From: an uncultured Acidobacteriota bacterium
Lineage (GTDB): Bacteria; Acidobacteriota; Blastocatellia; RBC074
Direction: 5' to 3'
Length of the DNA: 64,000 nucleotides
NCBI GenBank assembly: GCA_963796275.1
Contig: CAWCKY010000001.1
Coordinates: 832,001 to 896,000 of the forward strand
Shown here in pieces: positions 34,097-44,283 of this stretch; position 1 is the first letter of the stretch, and the number at the start of each line of letters is the position of its first letter. The notes beneath the pieces were generated by a model. It ran no database searches, was not told the origin of the DNA, and worked only from the letters and a program-made list of their open reading frames with translations. The translations under genes were made by a program, and so were the position numbers.

Positions 34097-35038
34097 TTAA
34101 GCCTTACCGCTGAGCGCACGATTAATGCGCTCAATCGCCTCATCGATTTCAGCGTTGTTTTTGAACCCGATAACCATCGCATCTACGAAGCCGCATTTGA
34201 CGGCGTGTTGGACCGCTTTCTCGCGGTCTTCGGGTTTTGTGAAATCTCCGTTACCGCAGAGCTTCATAGCGATGATGCCACGACCGGCGGCGTGCATCGA
34301 CTTGATCTCCTTCATAGCCTCGTCGTATTTGCCCTGAGGAGCGTGAACATTGGGCAAGTCCTGGTCTACGTGGTGGCCTTGCGGATTGATGCGCGCGAGT
34401 TGGACTTCGACCCAATCGTTTTTGGTCGCGGCGCGCAGGGCCCGCAGCCCGTGGCACGAACAGCCTTTGGTTTTGATCCAGCCTTTCGCCTGGGCCTGAT
34501 CGAAGGCGTCCATCAGGGCCTTCATGTCTTCAACCCAGGTCTCTTTAGTCGCACAGTGGATCAACAGGCTGTCGAAATAGTCCGTGCCGAGTTCCTTTCG
34601 ATAACGATCCATCGTCGCCATCGGGTCTTTAATCGTCTCCTCCCGGATCGGCAACTTGGTCTGGATGAAGATTTGATCGCGCGGGATTTTGTTGGCCTTG
34701 ATTGCCTCGCGGATCAGCTCGTGGGTCTTGTAATTATCGGCGGTGTCGATGTAGCGGACTCCCCGCTCGTAAGCATAGGCGACCAGTTTATTGAAGCCTT
34801 CCTGGCCGAGGTCGCGCTGAACCTTACCATTAATCGACCCGGTGCCCATTCCGAGGCGCGGAATTTTGACATTATTTTTGTTGATGCGGCCGAGCTGCAC
34901 CCAATCCGAAGCCGTGCGAACGGGCGCGGCTTCGGCGTTCGATATCAACTCATTTCCGATCGCAACAACGCCAACGGTCTCGACTGATTTGCGGATGAAA
35001 TTGCGGCGACTGATCGTGCTCGTGTTCTGTTCGCTCAT
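34097..35038 (-). CDS. Aldo/keto reductase with Tat-like signal
   Basis: ISRRNFI, LGMGTG, DTADNY, QTK, LLIH and AMK. Confidence 0.9.
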   Translation of the reverse strand: MSEQNTSTISRRNFIRKSVETVGVVAIGNELISNAEAAPVRTASDWVQLGRINKNNVKIPRLGMGTGSINGKVQRDLGQEGFNKLVAYAYERGVRYIDTADNYKTHELIREAIKANKIPRDQIFIQTKLPIREETIKDPMATMDRYRKELGTDYFDSLLIHCATKETWVEDMKALMDAFDQAQAKGWIKTKGCSCHGLRALRAATKNDWVEVQLARINPQGHHVDQDLPNVHAPQGKYDEAMKEIKSMHAAGRGIIAMKLCGNGDFTKPEDREKAVQHAVKCGFVDAMVIGFKNNAEIDEAIERINRALSGKA

Positions 35039-35147
35039 TGATGCCCTTTCTTCGACGTAGATTATGACTTGTCAATCCAGAATACGACGGCGTATATACT
35101 TATATCTCATAAAATGTCGACCGTAGGCAACTCTATCTTCCGTAACA

Positions 35148-36191
35148 TTAATCTATTGCCGGCTGTTGCTGCGTTACGCAATGGATCGATCCGAGCCCCC
35201 ATATCAATTCCACGCAATCGATTGCGATGACTTGGCGGTCGACGAATATCTTCTGCAAGATTGCGCAAGCCTTCTCGTCATTTTCGTGTCGATACGCCGG
35301 CACGAGCACCGATTTGTTCGCGATGTAGAAATTGGCATAGCTCGCCGGCAGGCGCTGGCCATCAAAATAGAGTGGGCCCGGCATCGGAAGTTCGATCACG
35401 CGTAGCGGATTACCGAGCTCATCTTTCATGCGCAGCAGACGATCGTAATTATCTTTCAGAACCTCATAGTTTTCATCCTGCGGATCATCTTCGATTACCG
35501 TCACGACAGTGTCGGGCGAAACGAAGCGCGTCAAATCGTCTACGTGTCCATCCGTATCGTCTCCCGCGATTCCATCGCCTAGCCACAAAATATGCGAAAC
35601 GCCCAGATAATCTCTCATGTATTCTTCGATCTGATCCCGATTGAGATGCGGATTGCGATTGGGATTGAGCAGACACGCTTCGGTTGTGATTAACGATCCT
35701 CGTCCATTGACATCCAGCGACCCGCCTTCCATGACAATACCGGGCTTGAATAATGCCTCGCCCATTTCTTCGGCGATTCGCGACGGCACGACATCGTCAT
35801 TGAGGTAGGGCGGATATTTGTTGCCCCAGGCGTTATAACCCCAGTCATTGATCGCCCGTTCGCGTTTGCCGTCCCGGTCGCGCACAACGTAGATCGGCCC
35901 GTGATCTCGCACCCACGCATCATCGGTCGGATTGAAATGAATGCGCACGGCGTCGAGATTGACTCCGCCTTTTTGTAACCGAGAGCGGACCCGCCCCGCA
36001 AATTCCTCTTCGGCGACGTTGATGCGGACGAGTTCGGACTCGGTCAGATGTCTGGTGATTTCTACGAATATGGCAGGGATCTGTTCGAATGCGCCCGGCC
36101 AGCTGGCTTCTTTGTGCGGCCACGAAAGCCAGGTCGCTTCGTGCGGTTCCCATTCGGCGGGCATGAAATACCCAAGTTCTCTAGGCGTCAT
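35148..36191 (-). CDS. aguA: Agmatine deiminase
   Basis: MPAEWE, DAWVRD.GP, EGG, DDTDGHVD, SYANF and G.GSIHCVTQQ. Confidence 0.93.
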   Translation of the reverse strand: MTPRELGYFMPAEWEPHEATWLSWPHKEASWPGAFEQIPAIFVEITRHLTESELVRINVAEEEFAGRVRSRLQKGGVNLDAVRIHFNPTDDAWVRDHGPIYVVRDRDGKRERAINDWGYNAWGNKYPPYLNDDVVPSRIAEEMGEALFKPGIVMEGGSLDVNGRGSLITTEACLLNPNRNPHLNRDQIEEYMRDYLGVSHILWLGDGIAGDDTDGHVDDLTRFVSPDTVVTVIEDDPQDENYEVLKDNYDRLLRMKDELGNPLRVIELPMPGPLYFDGQRLPASYANFYIANKSVLVPAYRHENDEKACAILQKIFVDRQVIAIDCVELIWGLGSIHCVTQQQPAID

Positions 36192-36295
36192 GACAGGAAG
36201 TTATCCCACAAAAACGGGGAATCAAGGGAAATAGAGCGTCTTTGTTTTCTATTTGTGCCATTTGTGTATTTTCTGTGTTTCGTGGTTACACTAGC

Positions 36296-37183
36296 TCAAT
36301 CGATAAATCTCTTAGTGATGTCCTGATAGGCATCGATTCGGCGGTCCCGCAAGAAGGGCCAATGCGTTCGCTGCACGTCGATTTTTGCGAAATCGCATTC
36401 GGCCATCAGTATCTGCTCTTCTTCGATTCCGGCTCTGGCAATGATCTGGCCGGATGGATCGGCGATGAAACTTTGGCCCCAGAATTGAATTCCGCCATTT
36501 TTATCGCCCTCATGCCCGACGCGATTTGCCACTGCGACATAAACTCCGTTGGCGATTGCGTGCGCTCGCTGAATCGTCTCCCACGACGAATGCTGGCGCT
36601 CGCCGTATTCTTCCTTCTCGCCCGGATGCCACCCGATGGCTGTCGGGTAGAACAGGATTTGCGCGCCAGCGAGCGCCGTGAGTCGAGCGCCTTCGGGGTA
36701 CCATTGGTCCCAACAGACCAACGTGCCGATCTTCCCATAGCTGGTTCCGAACGATTTGAAGCCGAGATCGCCAGGCGTGAAATAAAACTTCTCGTAATAG
36801 AGCGGATCGTCCGGGATGTGCATCTTGCGGTAGATGCCGATCAACGCGCCATCCCTATCCATCACAACCGCGGTGTTATGATAAACTCCGGGCGCGCGCT
36901 TCTCGAACAATGATCCGATGATAACGATTCCGCGCGCAGCTGCAAGTTTAGATAATACCTCCGTGGTCGGACCCGGAATCGGTTCGGCTAGCGCGAAATT
37001 GGCATGGTCTTCGCTCTGGCAGAAATATTGCGAACGAAACAACTCCTGTGTCGAGACGATGTGTGCGCCCTGTCTGGCAGCTTCTTCGATGCGAGCGAGG
37101 GCTTTGTCGAGATTTTCGCGCGGATCTTTGCTGCAGCTCATCTGGATGAGCGCGACATTGGCTTTATTGCTCCCTGATTTCAT
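36296..37183 (-). CDS. aguB: N-carbamoylputrescine amidase (carbon-nitrogen hydrolase)
   Basis: QELF, YRKMHIP, YEKFYF, CWDQWYPE and YPTAIGW. Adjacent to aguA. Confidence 0.9.
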   Translation of the reverse strand: MKSGSNKANVALIQMSCSKDPRENLDKALARIEEAARQGAHIVSTQELFRSQYFCQSEDHANFALAEPIPGPTTEVLSKLAAARGIVIIGSLFEKRAPGVYHNTAVVMDRDGALIGIYRKMHIPDDPLYYEKFYFTPGDLGFKSFGTSYGKIGTLVCWDQWYPEGARLTALAGAQILFYPTAIGWHPGEKEEYGERQHSSWETIQRAHAIANGVYVAVANRVGHEGDKNGGIQFWGQSFIADPSGQIIARAGIEEEQILMAECDFAKIDVQRTHWPFLRDRRIDAYQDITKRFID

Positions 37184-37204
37184 AGGTGATGATTATAAGA
37201 TGAA

Positions 37205-37291
37205 AGTTTTAAGTTTTCAGTTTTAAGTTTTCAGCTGGGTGATTTTCACTTGGCGGCTGAAATCTAAAACTGAAAACTTAAAACTTAAAAC
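37205..37291. repeat. Inverted heptamer array (TTTTAAG/TTTTCAG vs CTGAAAA/CTTAAAA)
   Basis: Four tandem heptamers and their complements around a short spacer, between divergent genes. Confidence 0.75.
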
Positions 37292-37308
37292 TAGTTTCTC
37301 GGAGGTCT

Positions 37309-39042
37309 ATGAAGAAATCGCTCTCCCGTGACAACGGCTCGTCTATCGATCGCCGCACATTCGTTAAGTTGCTCCCCGCAGCCGGCGCGGCAAGTTTCAC
37401 GATCACCAATCTCGACGTCTCGCATGTGCCGGCTCAACAGTCGCAACAGCCGGATAGGATCACGCAAGATATGCTGCACTCTGCCGAACAGTTGCTCGGA
37501 ATCGATCTGACTGATGAGCAGGAGACGATGGCTCTCAGCGGAGTCAATCGCAACCTCACAAACTACGAGACGCTGCGGAAGATCGACGTGCCGCTCGATA
37601 CGGAGCCAGCAACCGCCTTTCATCCGGCGCCGCCCGGTAAAAAATTTAACACCACCCGCACGCGGCGAACAATGAGTAAGGTTGATCTCCCGAAGTTCTC
37701 CTCAATCGATGAGCTCGCCTTTTCGCCCGTTACGCAACTGGCTGAGCTGGTGCGGACCAAACAAGTGTCGCCGGTCGCGCTGACGAAGATGTATCTGGAG
37801 CGGCTCAAGAAGTACGGGCCGAAATTGCTGTGCGTGGTGACCTTGACCGAAGAACTCGCGCTTAAACAGGCGGAGGATGCCGACCGGGAGATCAAGCGCG
37901 GCAGATATCGTGGGCCTCTCCACGGCATTCCGTGCGGCATCAAAGATTTATTTGCTACCAAAGGAATCAAGACGACTTGGGGCGCCGAGCCCTATCGCGA
38001 TCAGATGATCGATTATGATGCGACGGTGGTCGAGCGATTGCGCGATGCCGGCGCGGTGCTCGTGGCCAAACTCTCAATGGGAGCACTGGCAATGGGCGGG
38101 AGATGGTTCGCCGGAATGACGCGCAATCCCTGGCAGCCCGATGAGACAACGACGGGCTCGAGCGGCTCGTCTGCGGGCTCGGCCTCGGCGACCTCCGCGG
38201 GATTGGTCGGATTTTCAATAGGGACGGAGACGCTCGGCTCAATCGTCTCTCCTTCATCGCGCTGCGGTGTGACGGGATTGCGGCCGACTTACGGGCGCGT
38301 AAGCCGCTATGGCGCGATGGGGCTGAGCTGGACTATGGATAAGATTGGGCCGATGTGCCGCGCCGTTGAAGATTGCGCACTCGTGCTCGATGCGATCTAC
38401 GGCCCTGACAGCCGGGATATCACGGTCGGAGATGTGCCGTTCAACTGGAATCCCGACAGGCCGCTTTCTCAGATGCGAATCGGGTATGTGAAGGCAGAGT
38501 TCGAAGATGGCAACGAAGAGCAAAAATCGATGTATAAAGCCGCACTCGATGCGCTGCGCGGGGCGGGCGCGAAACTCGATCCAATCGAGTTGCCAAAATT
38601 TTCATCCCAAAGTTTGCGGATCATTCTCAATGCCGAGGCGGCGGCGGCATTCGACGACATCACGCGCGATGGCCGAGTGAATCAGTTATCCGGCCAGGCG
38701 CCGAGTGATTGGCCCAATTCTTTCCGCACCTCAAGATTTATTCCGGCTGTCGAATATCTCCGCGCTCAGCGCGCCCGGACTCTGCTAATCCGAGAGATGG
38801 ACAAGCTCATGTCGAATTGGGATGTGTTCGTCAGCCCAGCGCCCGGCAGCGCGAGTCTGCTCATCACCAATTTGACGGGTCATCCGGCGGTAGTCGCCCC
38901 CTGCGGATTCATCAATCATTTACCGCGGGCGATCATGTTCACGGGCGGATTGTATGATGAGGCGGCGCCGCTGCGGGTCGCTCTGGCATACGAGCGCGCG
39001 ACGAAGTGGCATACGATGCATCCGAAGCTGGATTTGGGATGA
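37309..39042 (+). CDS. Amidase-signature family enzyme with Tat signal
   Basis: IDRRTF, GPLHGIP..KDL, GSSAGS and GTETLGSI (Ser-cisSer-Lys triad). Confidence 0.92.
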   Translation: MKKSLSRDNGSSIDRRTFVKLLPAAGAASFTITNLDVSHVPAQQSQQPDRITQDMLHSAEQLLGIDLTDEQETMALSGVNRNLTNYETLRKIDVPLDTEPATAFHPAPPGKKFNTTRTRRTMSKVDLPKFSSIDELAFSPVTQLAELVRTKQVSPVALTKMYLERLKKYGPKLLCVVTLTEELALKQAEDADREIKRGRYRGPLHGIPCGIKDLFATKGIKTTWGAEPYRDQMIDYDATVVERLRDAGAVLVAKLSMGALAMGGRWFAGMTRNPWQPDETTTGSSGSSAGSASATSAGLVGFSIGTETLGSIVSPSSRCGVTGLRPTYGRVSRYGAMGLSWTMDKIGPMCRAVEDCALVLDAIYGPDSRDITVGDVPFNWNPDRPLSQMRIGYVKAEFEDGNEEQKSMYKAALDALRGAGAKLDPIELPKFSSQSLRIILNAEAAAAFDDITRDGRVNQLSGQAPSDWPNSFRTSRFIPAVEYLRAQRARTLLIREMDKLMSNWDVFVSPAPGSASLLITNLTGHPAVVAPCGFINHLPRAIMFTGGLYDEAAPLRVALAYERATKWHTMHPKLDLG

Positions 39043-39051
39043 ATTGAAAAG

Positions 39052-39141
39052 AAATAACCACGGCTAAAACACCGATGCGATGGATATTCGCGGGCTTAAT
39101 CCGAGTCAATCCGCCGCATCAGTGTTTAGCCGTGGTTATTT
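39052..39141. terminator. Long hairpin between convergent genes; probable bidirectional terminator or REP-like repeat
   Basis: AAATAACCACGGCTA..CAC.GATGCG paired with CGCATC.GTG..TAGCCGTGGTTATTT, with A/T runs on both sides. Confidence 0.6.
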
Positions 39142-39173
39142 TTGATCTCCTAACTTTACTGCGTGCTACAAAG

Positions 39174-42100
39174 TTAGAAAGTAACCCTGAATCCGAACTG
39201 AAGGATACGAGGGGCAAAACGGAATGCGCGCATGTCACGCAAATCGTCCAACCTACCCGCTGTCGCATAGTTGAAGTTTAGCGACCCGAATCCGCCTCCC
39301 AGGCCGGTATAGGCGCTGAGACCTCTACGATTGAAGATATTGAAAGCATCGAAGTACGGCTCGATGCTGAGGTTCTTGACGAATCCTGCGTTCTCAATAT
39401 TGATCGGTCTGGTAAGACGGAGATCAAAGTTGAGCGGGTTTGATCCGAACGGGCTCGGATTGGTAACCGAGATCGACGGGATCGTGGGAGTCACCGCCAA
39501 AAGGCTTCTCAGCTCAGCTTCAGAGAATATCCCGGCATTAAGCAGAGCCTGTCCGGACAGCGTCAGTTTACCTGCCTGGGTCTGGTTGTACTGCGTGATA
39601 AGGTCGTTGAGCTCGCTCAAGCTATTCACATCGCTTCCCCATTGCCCCAAATTGATTCCGGGGAAAAGATCGGCGCTTGGCGTTGTACCAGTTCCGCCAT
39701 CACCATTGAGATCGGTCGTGAACATCGCATTTGCCCCGGTTATGCCCCCCAACGCCGGCATATTCAGCCTGGCCGGAGGATTGGTAACCGCGGTAACGAT
39801 CGTGCTCATCCTGAAGCCTCCAGGGGTATCGAAGGTAACGCCTCCTGAAAAATTGTGGCGGTAATTGAATGCATTGCCGCCGAAGTAGGCTTTGTTATTG
39901 ATGTTTCTGTTGTCACATGTTCCGGTGTTGAACTCGGCGCGCTGGGATCCGCAACTCGCGAGACTTTCACCGTAGGCGTAAGAAAACTGGAAGTTCGCAT
40001 TTTTGAATGCCCAAAGTGCTTTGGATGTCCGCCCCTGCCATTTAACCTGCAACGACTGATAGAACGAATAACCACCCGTCATAATGCGAGCGCGAAGCAG
40101 GTCTGGAGTCTTACCGGGAAAAAATGTGTCGTTTGCCAGGCCGAAGTTAGCGATGGACCTGCGCGGCTGGCCTGCCGGAGTCGCAGCGATCCAATCAGCG
40201 ACCGATAAACCGCCCAGCATTGATGCCACCCGCGCGCGTGCTGCATCTGCGTTAAAGAAAGCGGCATCGCGTCTGAACTCGTAATCTCGGAGGAAGAATG
40301 GCATTCCGACGCCACGGTTACGTACATAGTCGACCGATACGACGCTTCCACTCCAGAGCTCTTGTTGGAACCCGATGTTGAATTGCATCGAGTAAGGAAT
40401 TTTATAATCGCCCGGGAATATACCGCCTTGTGTACTACCCTGTGCGACTTCAAAGAGCGTATCACCAGTGGCCGGATCGAACTTGTAATTGGTATACGCT
40501 GCATTGAGGGCCTGGTGCACACTGGCGATTAGCGGAAGGACATTCTTGATTGGTTGATCCACTAAATCGTCGTAAACCCCATCAGGATGGTTGCCGTCAA
40601 CGTTGATCGGCGTGCCATCCGGTCCGAATACACCAGCCTGAGTGTACGAGTCAGGTCCAATCCCAGGCGGGATGAGAGAGAATTCGTTAAATAAGGTGTT
40701 ATTGAAAATGTTCATCTCATATGCGAGGTAGAAACCGCCGCGGATCGATGTCTTGCCCTTCCCAAGCGGATCCCAGGCAAACCCGAAACTCGGACCGAAA
40801 CGATTCTTCGGGAATTTGGGCGCTTGCAGTGAAGGTTGATGAACAGCGCCTATGATGGCCGCGCGCCGCGCCCCATCCTCCTCTTCCTTGTTGAAATAGC
40901 CTGTGTCGTATTGCCAGCGTGTGCCGAAGTTGAGCGTCAGATTGCGGCGCGCCCTCCAACTGTCGCCTATATACCAGGCGAAACGATTGTTGTAGTTTCC
41001 GCCGAACGGGAAACCGTGGGCAGGCGGTATCGTGAAGAATCCGTTAGCAGGACCGGTTGAAAAAGAGGTGAGCGGATACTCCAGTGGGTCCTGGGGATTC
41101 GCACCGCGAGCGATGACCTGGTCACGTGTCCCTCCTGGATCGGCAGTGAAACTTCCGGTAATCGATAACGGTCCGGCGAAGTTTGCGAACCCTCCAAGGA
41201 CGATTCTATTGACCTCACCGCCGTAGCGGAGCGTGTGGTTGCTGACCGACCAACTCCCGTCGTATTTGCTCTGGAAGTTATCCTGATAGGTCTGCTGCGG
41301 TGCGTTGCCATTCGGTCCGAGATCATACTCACCCACATCGAGAGAGTAAGGTATTCCACCCCCCGCAGTGGCAAAGGGAAATGCCGGGAATTCCTGGCTG
41401 GTGATATTGTTATTGAAGTTGACGTACCCGAACCGTATCGAATGAGTCGCCCGCGCCCGCGTGTAATCGACGCCGGCCGCGTGAACATTGGTCCAGTTGA
41501 TGTTCTGGAAAGGCGATTGGCCGGTGCCGCCACTCGATCTATCCCAGCTATGGTTGGCCCGGTAGAAGAGGCGGGTCGCACCACTGAGATTCCAATCGAG
41601 CCTTCCCGAAGCCAGACGATTGTCCCGGGGAATCCCGACATTCCCAGCCATTTGCGGGAAAAATTGAAAATCAGCGGGATCGTACTGGAGATTCTCCTGT
41701 TGATAGAATCGTTCCAACGTCCCGAAAAAGAAGAGTTTGTTCTTGATGATCGGTCCACCTGCGTTGGCACCCAGCTGTTTGCGGTCGAACGGTTGATTCG
41801 TATCTTGGGAAGGGGCCTGCTTCGCCGACAGCCGCTGGTCGCGCCAGAATAAGAAGCCGCTGCCGTGATACTCGTTACTGCCGCTGCGCGTCGCGATGTT
41901 GACCGCCCCGGAAGATGTCAGCGAGGTCGACATATCGAGCGATGAGCGGCTCAGCTGGAACTCTGAGATAGCTTCGTTCGATATGTTCGATGTGGTCGTC
42001 CCGACCGTTTCATCGGTTACATCGATCCCATCGATCTGTACGCGTGTGCCTGTTCCACCACGACCTGAGATGCCCACCGCGCGATACGCATTGGCCTTGG

Positions 42101-42626
42101 TCGGATCGACATCCCCTCCATCCATCACGCTCACCCCGGGTTCCAGTCTAGCCAGATCGAGGAAGTTGCGCGCATTGAGCGGCAGTTGTTCGATCTGCTT
42201 GGCCCGGATGACGCCGTCCACCGTCTGCCGGCTGGTATCTACCTGAACATCGGTGCCCGCGGTGACCTCCACCACTGTCGACGTCGTGCCGATTTGTAGA
42301 GATGTGCTGACATTTGCCACCTGGCCGACCAGCACTGTCACATTTTCAAAGACGGCAGGGCTGAACCCCGATGATTCAATCCTGACGCTGTATATGCCAG
42401 GTAACAACGCGCGCACGACAAAGAAACCATCCGCGTTCGTATTAGCGCTGATTTGACGACTCGTAGCCTTTTCGATGATCTTGACTTGAGCATTAGTTAC
42501 CACCGCTCCCGTTTGATCGGTGATAGTCCCTTCAATCGAGCCGACCGGTTGTTGAGCAAAAGCATTCAAATAATTTGAGAGTAATAGCAGGGTGATTACT
42601 CCAAGTAATAATGAGTTTCTCCGCAT
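39174..42626 (-). CDS. TonB-dependent receptor, Oar-like, with N-terminal carboxypeptidase-regulatory domain
   Basis: GGAGG SD, signal peptide, G.I.D.TGAVV..A, LPLNARNF..L, TRSGSN.YHG, GGPIIKNKLFFF and C-terminal PRILQFGFRVTF. Confidence 0.92.
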   Translation of the reverse strand: MRRNSLLLGVITLLLLSNYLNAFAQQPVGSIEGTITDQTGAVVTNAQVKIIEKATSRQISANTNADGFFVVRALLPGIYSVRIESSGFSPAVFENVTVLVGQVANVSTSLQIGTTSTVVEVTAGTDVQVDTSRQTVDGVIRAKQIEQLPLNARNFLDLARLEPGVSVMDGGDVDPTKANAYRAVGISGRGGTGTRVQIDGIDVTDETVGTTTSNISNEAISEFQLSRSSLDMSTSLTSSGAVNIATRSGSNEYHGSGFLFWRDQRLSAKQAPSQDTNQPFDRKQLGANAGGPIIKNKLFFFGTLERFYQQENLQYDPADFQFFPQMAGNVGIPRDNRLASGRLDWNLSGATRLFYRANHSWDRSSGGTGQSPFQNINWTNVHAAGVDYTRARATHSIRFGYVNFNNNITSQEFPAFPFATAGGGIPYSLDVGEYDLGPNGNAPQQTYQDNFQSKYDGSWSVSNHTLRYGGEVNRIVLGGFANFAGPLSITGSFTADPGGTRDQVIARGANPQDPLEYPLTSFSTGPANGFFTIPPAHGFPFGGNYNNRFAWYIGDSWRARRNLTLNFGTRWQYDTGYFNKEEEDGARRAAIIGAVHQPSLQAPKFPKNRFGPSFGFAWDPLGKGKTSIRGGFYLAYEMNIFNNTLFNEFSLIPPGIGPDSYTQAGVFGPDGTPINVDGNHPDGVYDDLVDQPIKNVLPLIASVHQALNAAYTNYKFDPATGDTLFEVAQGSTQGGIFPGDYKIPYSMQFNIGFQQELWSGSVVSVDYVRNRGVGMPFFLRDYEFRRDAAFFNADAARARVASMLGGLSVADWIAATPAGQPRRSIANFGLANDTFFPGKTPDLLRARIMTGGYSFYQSLQVKWQGRTSKALWAFKNANFQFSYAYGESLASCGSQRAEFNTGTCDNRNINNKAYFGGNAFNYRHNFSGGVTFDTPGGFRMSTIVTAVTNPPARLNMPALGGITGANAMFTTDLNGDGGTGTTPSADLFPGINLGQWGSDVNSLSELNDLITQYNQTQAGKLTLSGQALLNAGIFSEAELRSLLAVTPTIPSISVTNPSPFGSNPLNFDLRLTRPINIENAGFVKNLSIEPYFDAFNIFNRRGLSAYTGLGGGFGSLNFNYATAGRLDDLRDMRAFRFAPRILQFGFRVTF

Positions 42627-42906
42627 ATTTCCTCCTAAGTTTTTTGCAGTTCGGTCGCTATGACCGCTCATGCGGGCCAAGTTCTTGCAAATTTATTTTT
42701 TTAACTGAATCTGGAACCTATCATCACCCGCTGCATCTCTCGTCGCTGCAGTGATTCGGGTTCCGTTCGGTGGTGCTTAAACCAAATGCAGACTGATCTC
42801 TTCGTTGTTCACAGCTGATAAGTCGCCTGTATTCCCAGGTTCGTTTGCTATCAGCTGACCAGCTGCCTGTATTCCATCTGAATGTTGTCCTTGTAATTAA
42901 AAAAAG

Positions 42907-42921
42907 GCAAGAGCTGTTCCA
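42907..42921 (-). promoter_or_regulatory. Sigma54 (-24/-12) promoter upstream of the TonB-dependent receptor
   Basis: TGGAAC-AGCTC-TTGC with GG and GC correctly spaced. AT-rich upstream region. Confidence 0.55.
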
Positions 42922-43072
42922 ATAATATGGAACAAGCAGGAGTGTTTATAACACGCGTAGATACAGAGTTTAAAGAGGAAGGGCGGAGATAGCTTAATAT
43001 TTAAATTCAGAAATTTGAAATAATATTTAGTTTTTCGAATTATTTTTATAAGTCTATTAACGAATTGAATAC

Positions 43073-44167
43073 TTACCTTTCTCGTTCAGATATTTGGCCG
43101 ATCATTGCCAATGGTTCGCCCTGGCTGACTGGTGGAGTGCCTAGAATATAAAGGACAGTCCCGCCGAACGGCGCGCGCAGATCGAAAATCCTTTTGCCGA
43201 AGAAATCGGTGACATATCCCATTAAGGTTCCTTTGGCTACCGCGTGACCGCGTTCTGCCAGCGGGTAGAAGATTCCGGTTGCATCGCTTCTCAGCACGGT
43301 ATTACGGTCAATGAAGATGGGGTGCTCGACCATTTTCGGTGAGCCCTCGATCATCTTGAGAAACCGCATGACATTGATCACTCCATGCTCGATTCGCGCG
43401 ATGGATTCGTTGTCGGTCATACCGAGCCCGCCCGATTCGGTAGTAATCGCCGGTTTGCCGCGCGTGGTCGCCGTCGTCGAGCAATATAGCGATCTGTTAC
43501 GATCGGTCGGACGCTCGCGGTCCATCACGATATGGTCCATTCCGAAGGCGAGAGCCATTTGTTTCGATTTTTCAATGACCTCCGGGCCGCCCGCATTGAC
43601 GTCCCAATAGCTGTATGGGCGCAGCGATTCGTTGCCGTCGCCGCAATGCAGGTCAATGACATAATCGGCCCGCTCGATCACTTCCCTGGTGATCTGATAG
43701 GCGATCCGTTCCGAGACAGTCCCATCGATCCGGCCCGGATAGACGCGGTTCAGATTCTTACCGTCGACAGGGCTGTAATAGATAGTGCGTTTGAGAAATG
43801 ACGGCATGTTGGCGACGTGAACCATGATCACAGTTCCCGAAAGGCGCTTCGGGTCGATCTGGGTCAGGAGGCGCTGGAGCGCCACGATCGACGTATATTC
43901 ATATCCGTGATTGCCCGCGATCAAAGCAAAAGCGGGTCCCGGTTGGGAACCGTGAATGACCGAGATCGGTATCGTGGTGGCTTCGTCTGTTGCGGCGGGA
44001 ATCTGAATCATTCCTGAGGCAGTTTCACCGGCTTTTGCTGTGATGGAACCGACTGTAAAGTCCGGGCGCGACTGCGCCGCGATGAGCGCCGATGCTAAGC
44101 AAATGAATGTGAGAATTGTGAAAAGTCTTGTTAGTTCACGACACGGACGAAGGGGTTCATTTTTCAT
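43073..44167 (-). CDS. Succinylglutamate desuccinylase/aspartoacylase (M14) family, secreted
   Basis: AGNHGYE, NLNRVYPG, IDLHCG and TESG. C-terminal biotinyl-like domain. Confidence 0.9.
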   Translation of the reverse strand: MKNEPLRPCRELTRLFTILTFICLASALIAAQSRPDFTVGSITAKAGETASGMIQIPAATDEATTIPISVIHGSQPGPAFALIAGNHGYEYTSIVALQRLLTQIDPKRLSGTVIMVHVANMPSFLKRTIYYSPVDGKNLNRVYPGRIDGTVSERIAYQITREVIERADYVIDLHCGDGNESLRPYSYWDVNAGGPEVIEKSKQMALAFGMDHIVMDRERPTDRNRSLYCSTTATTRGKPAITTESGGLGMTDNESIARIEHGVINVMRFLKMIEGSPKMVEHPIFIDRNTVLRSDATGIFYPLAERGHAVAKGTLMGYVTDFFGKRIFDLRAPFGGTVLYILGTPPVSQGEPLAMIGQISERER

Positions 44168-44283
44168 TTGTCATTTCCTATATTTCATTTGTCATTGAGG
44201 AGCCGCGAGCTACTGTAATTGATGACATCTCCCTGCTACAGGAGTTTCTTCAATGATAAATGATAAATGGAAAATGGAAAATG
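44158..44283. repeat. Inverted heptamer array (TTTCATT/TGTCATT vs AATGATA/AATGGAA)
   Basis: Five or more tandem heptamers per arm, facing each other. Confidence 0.75.
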
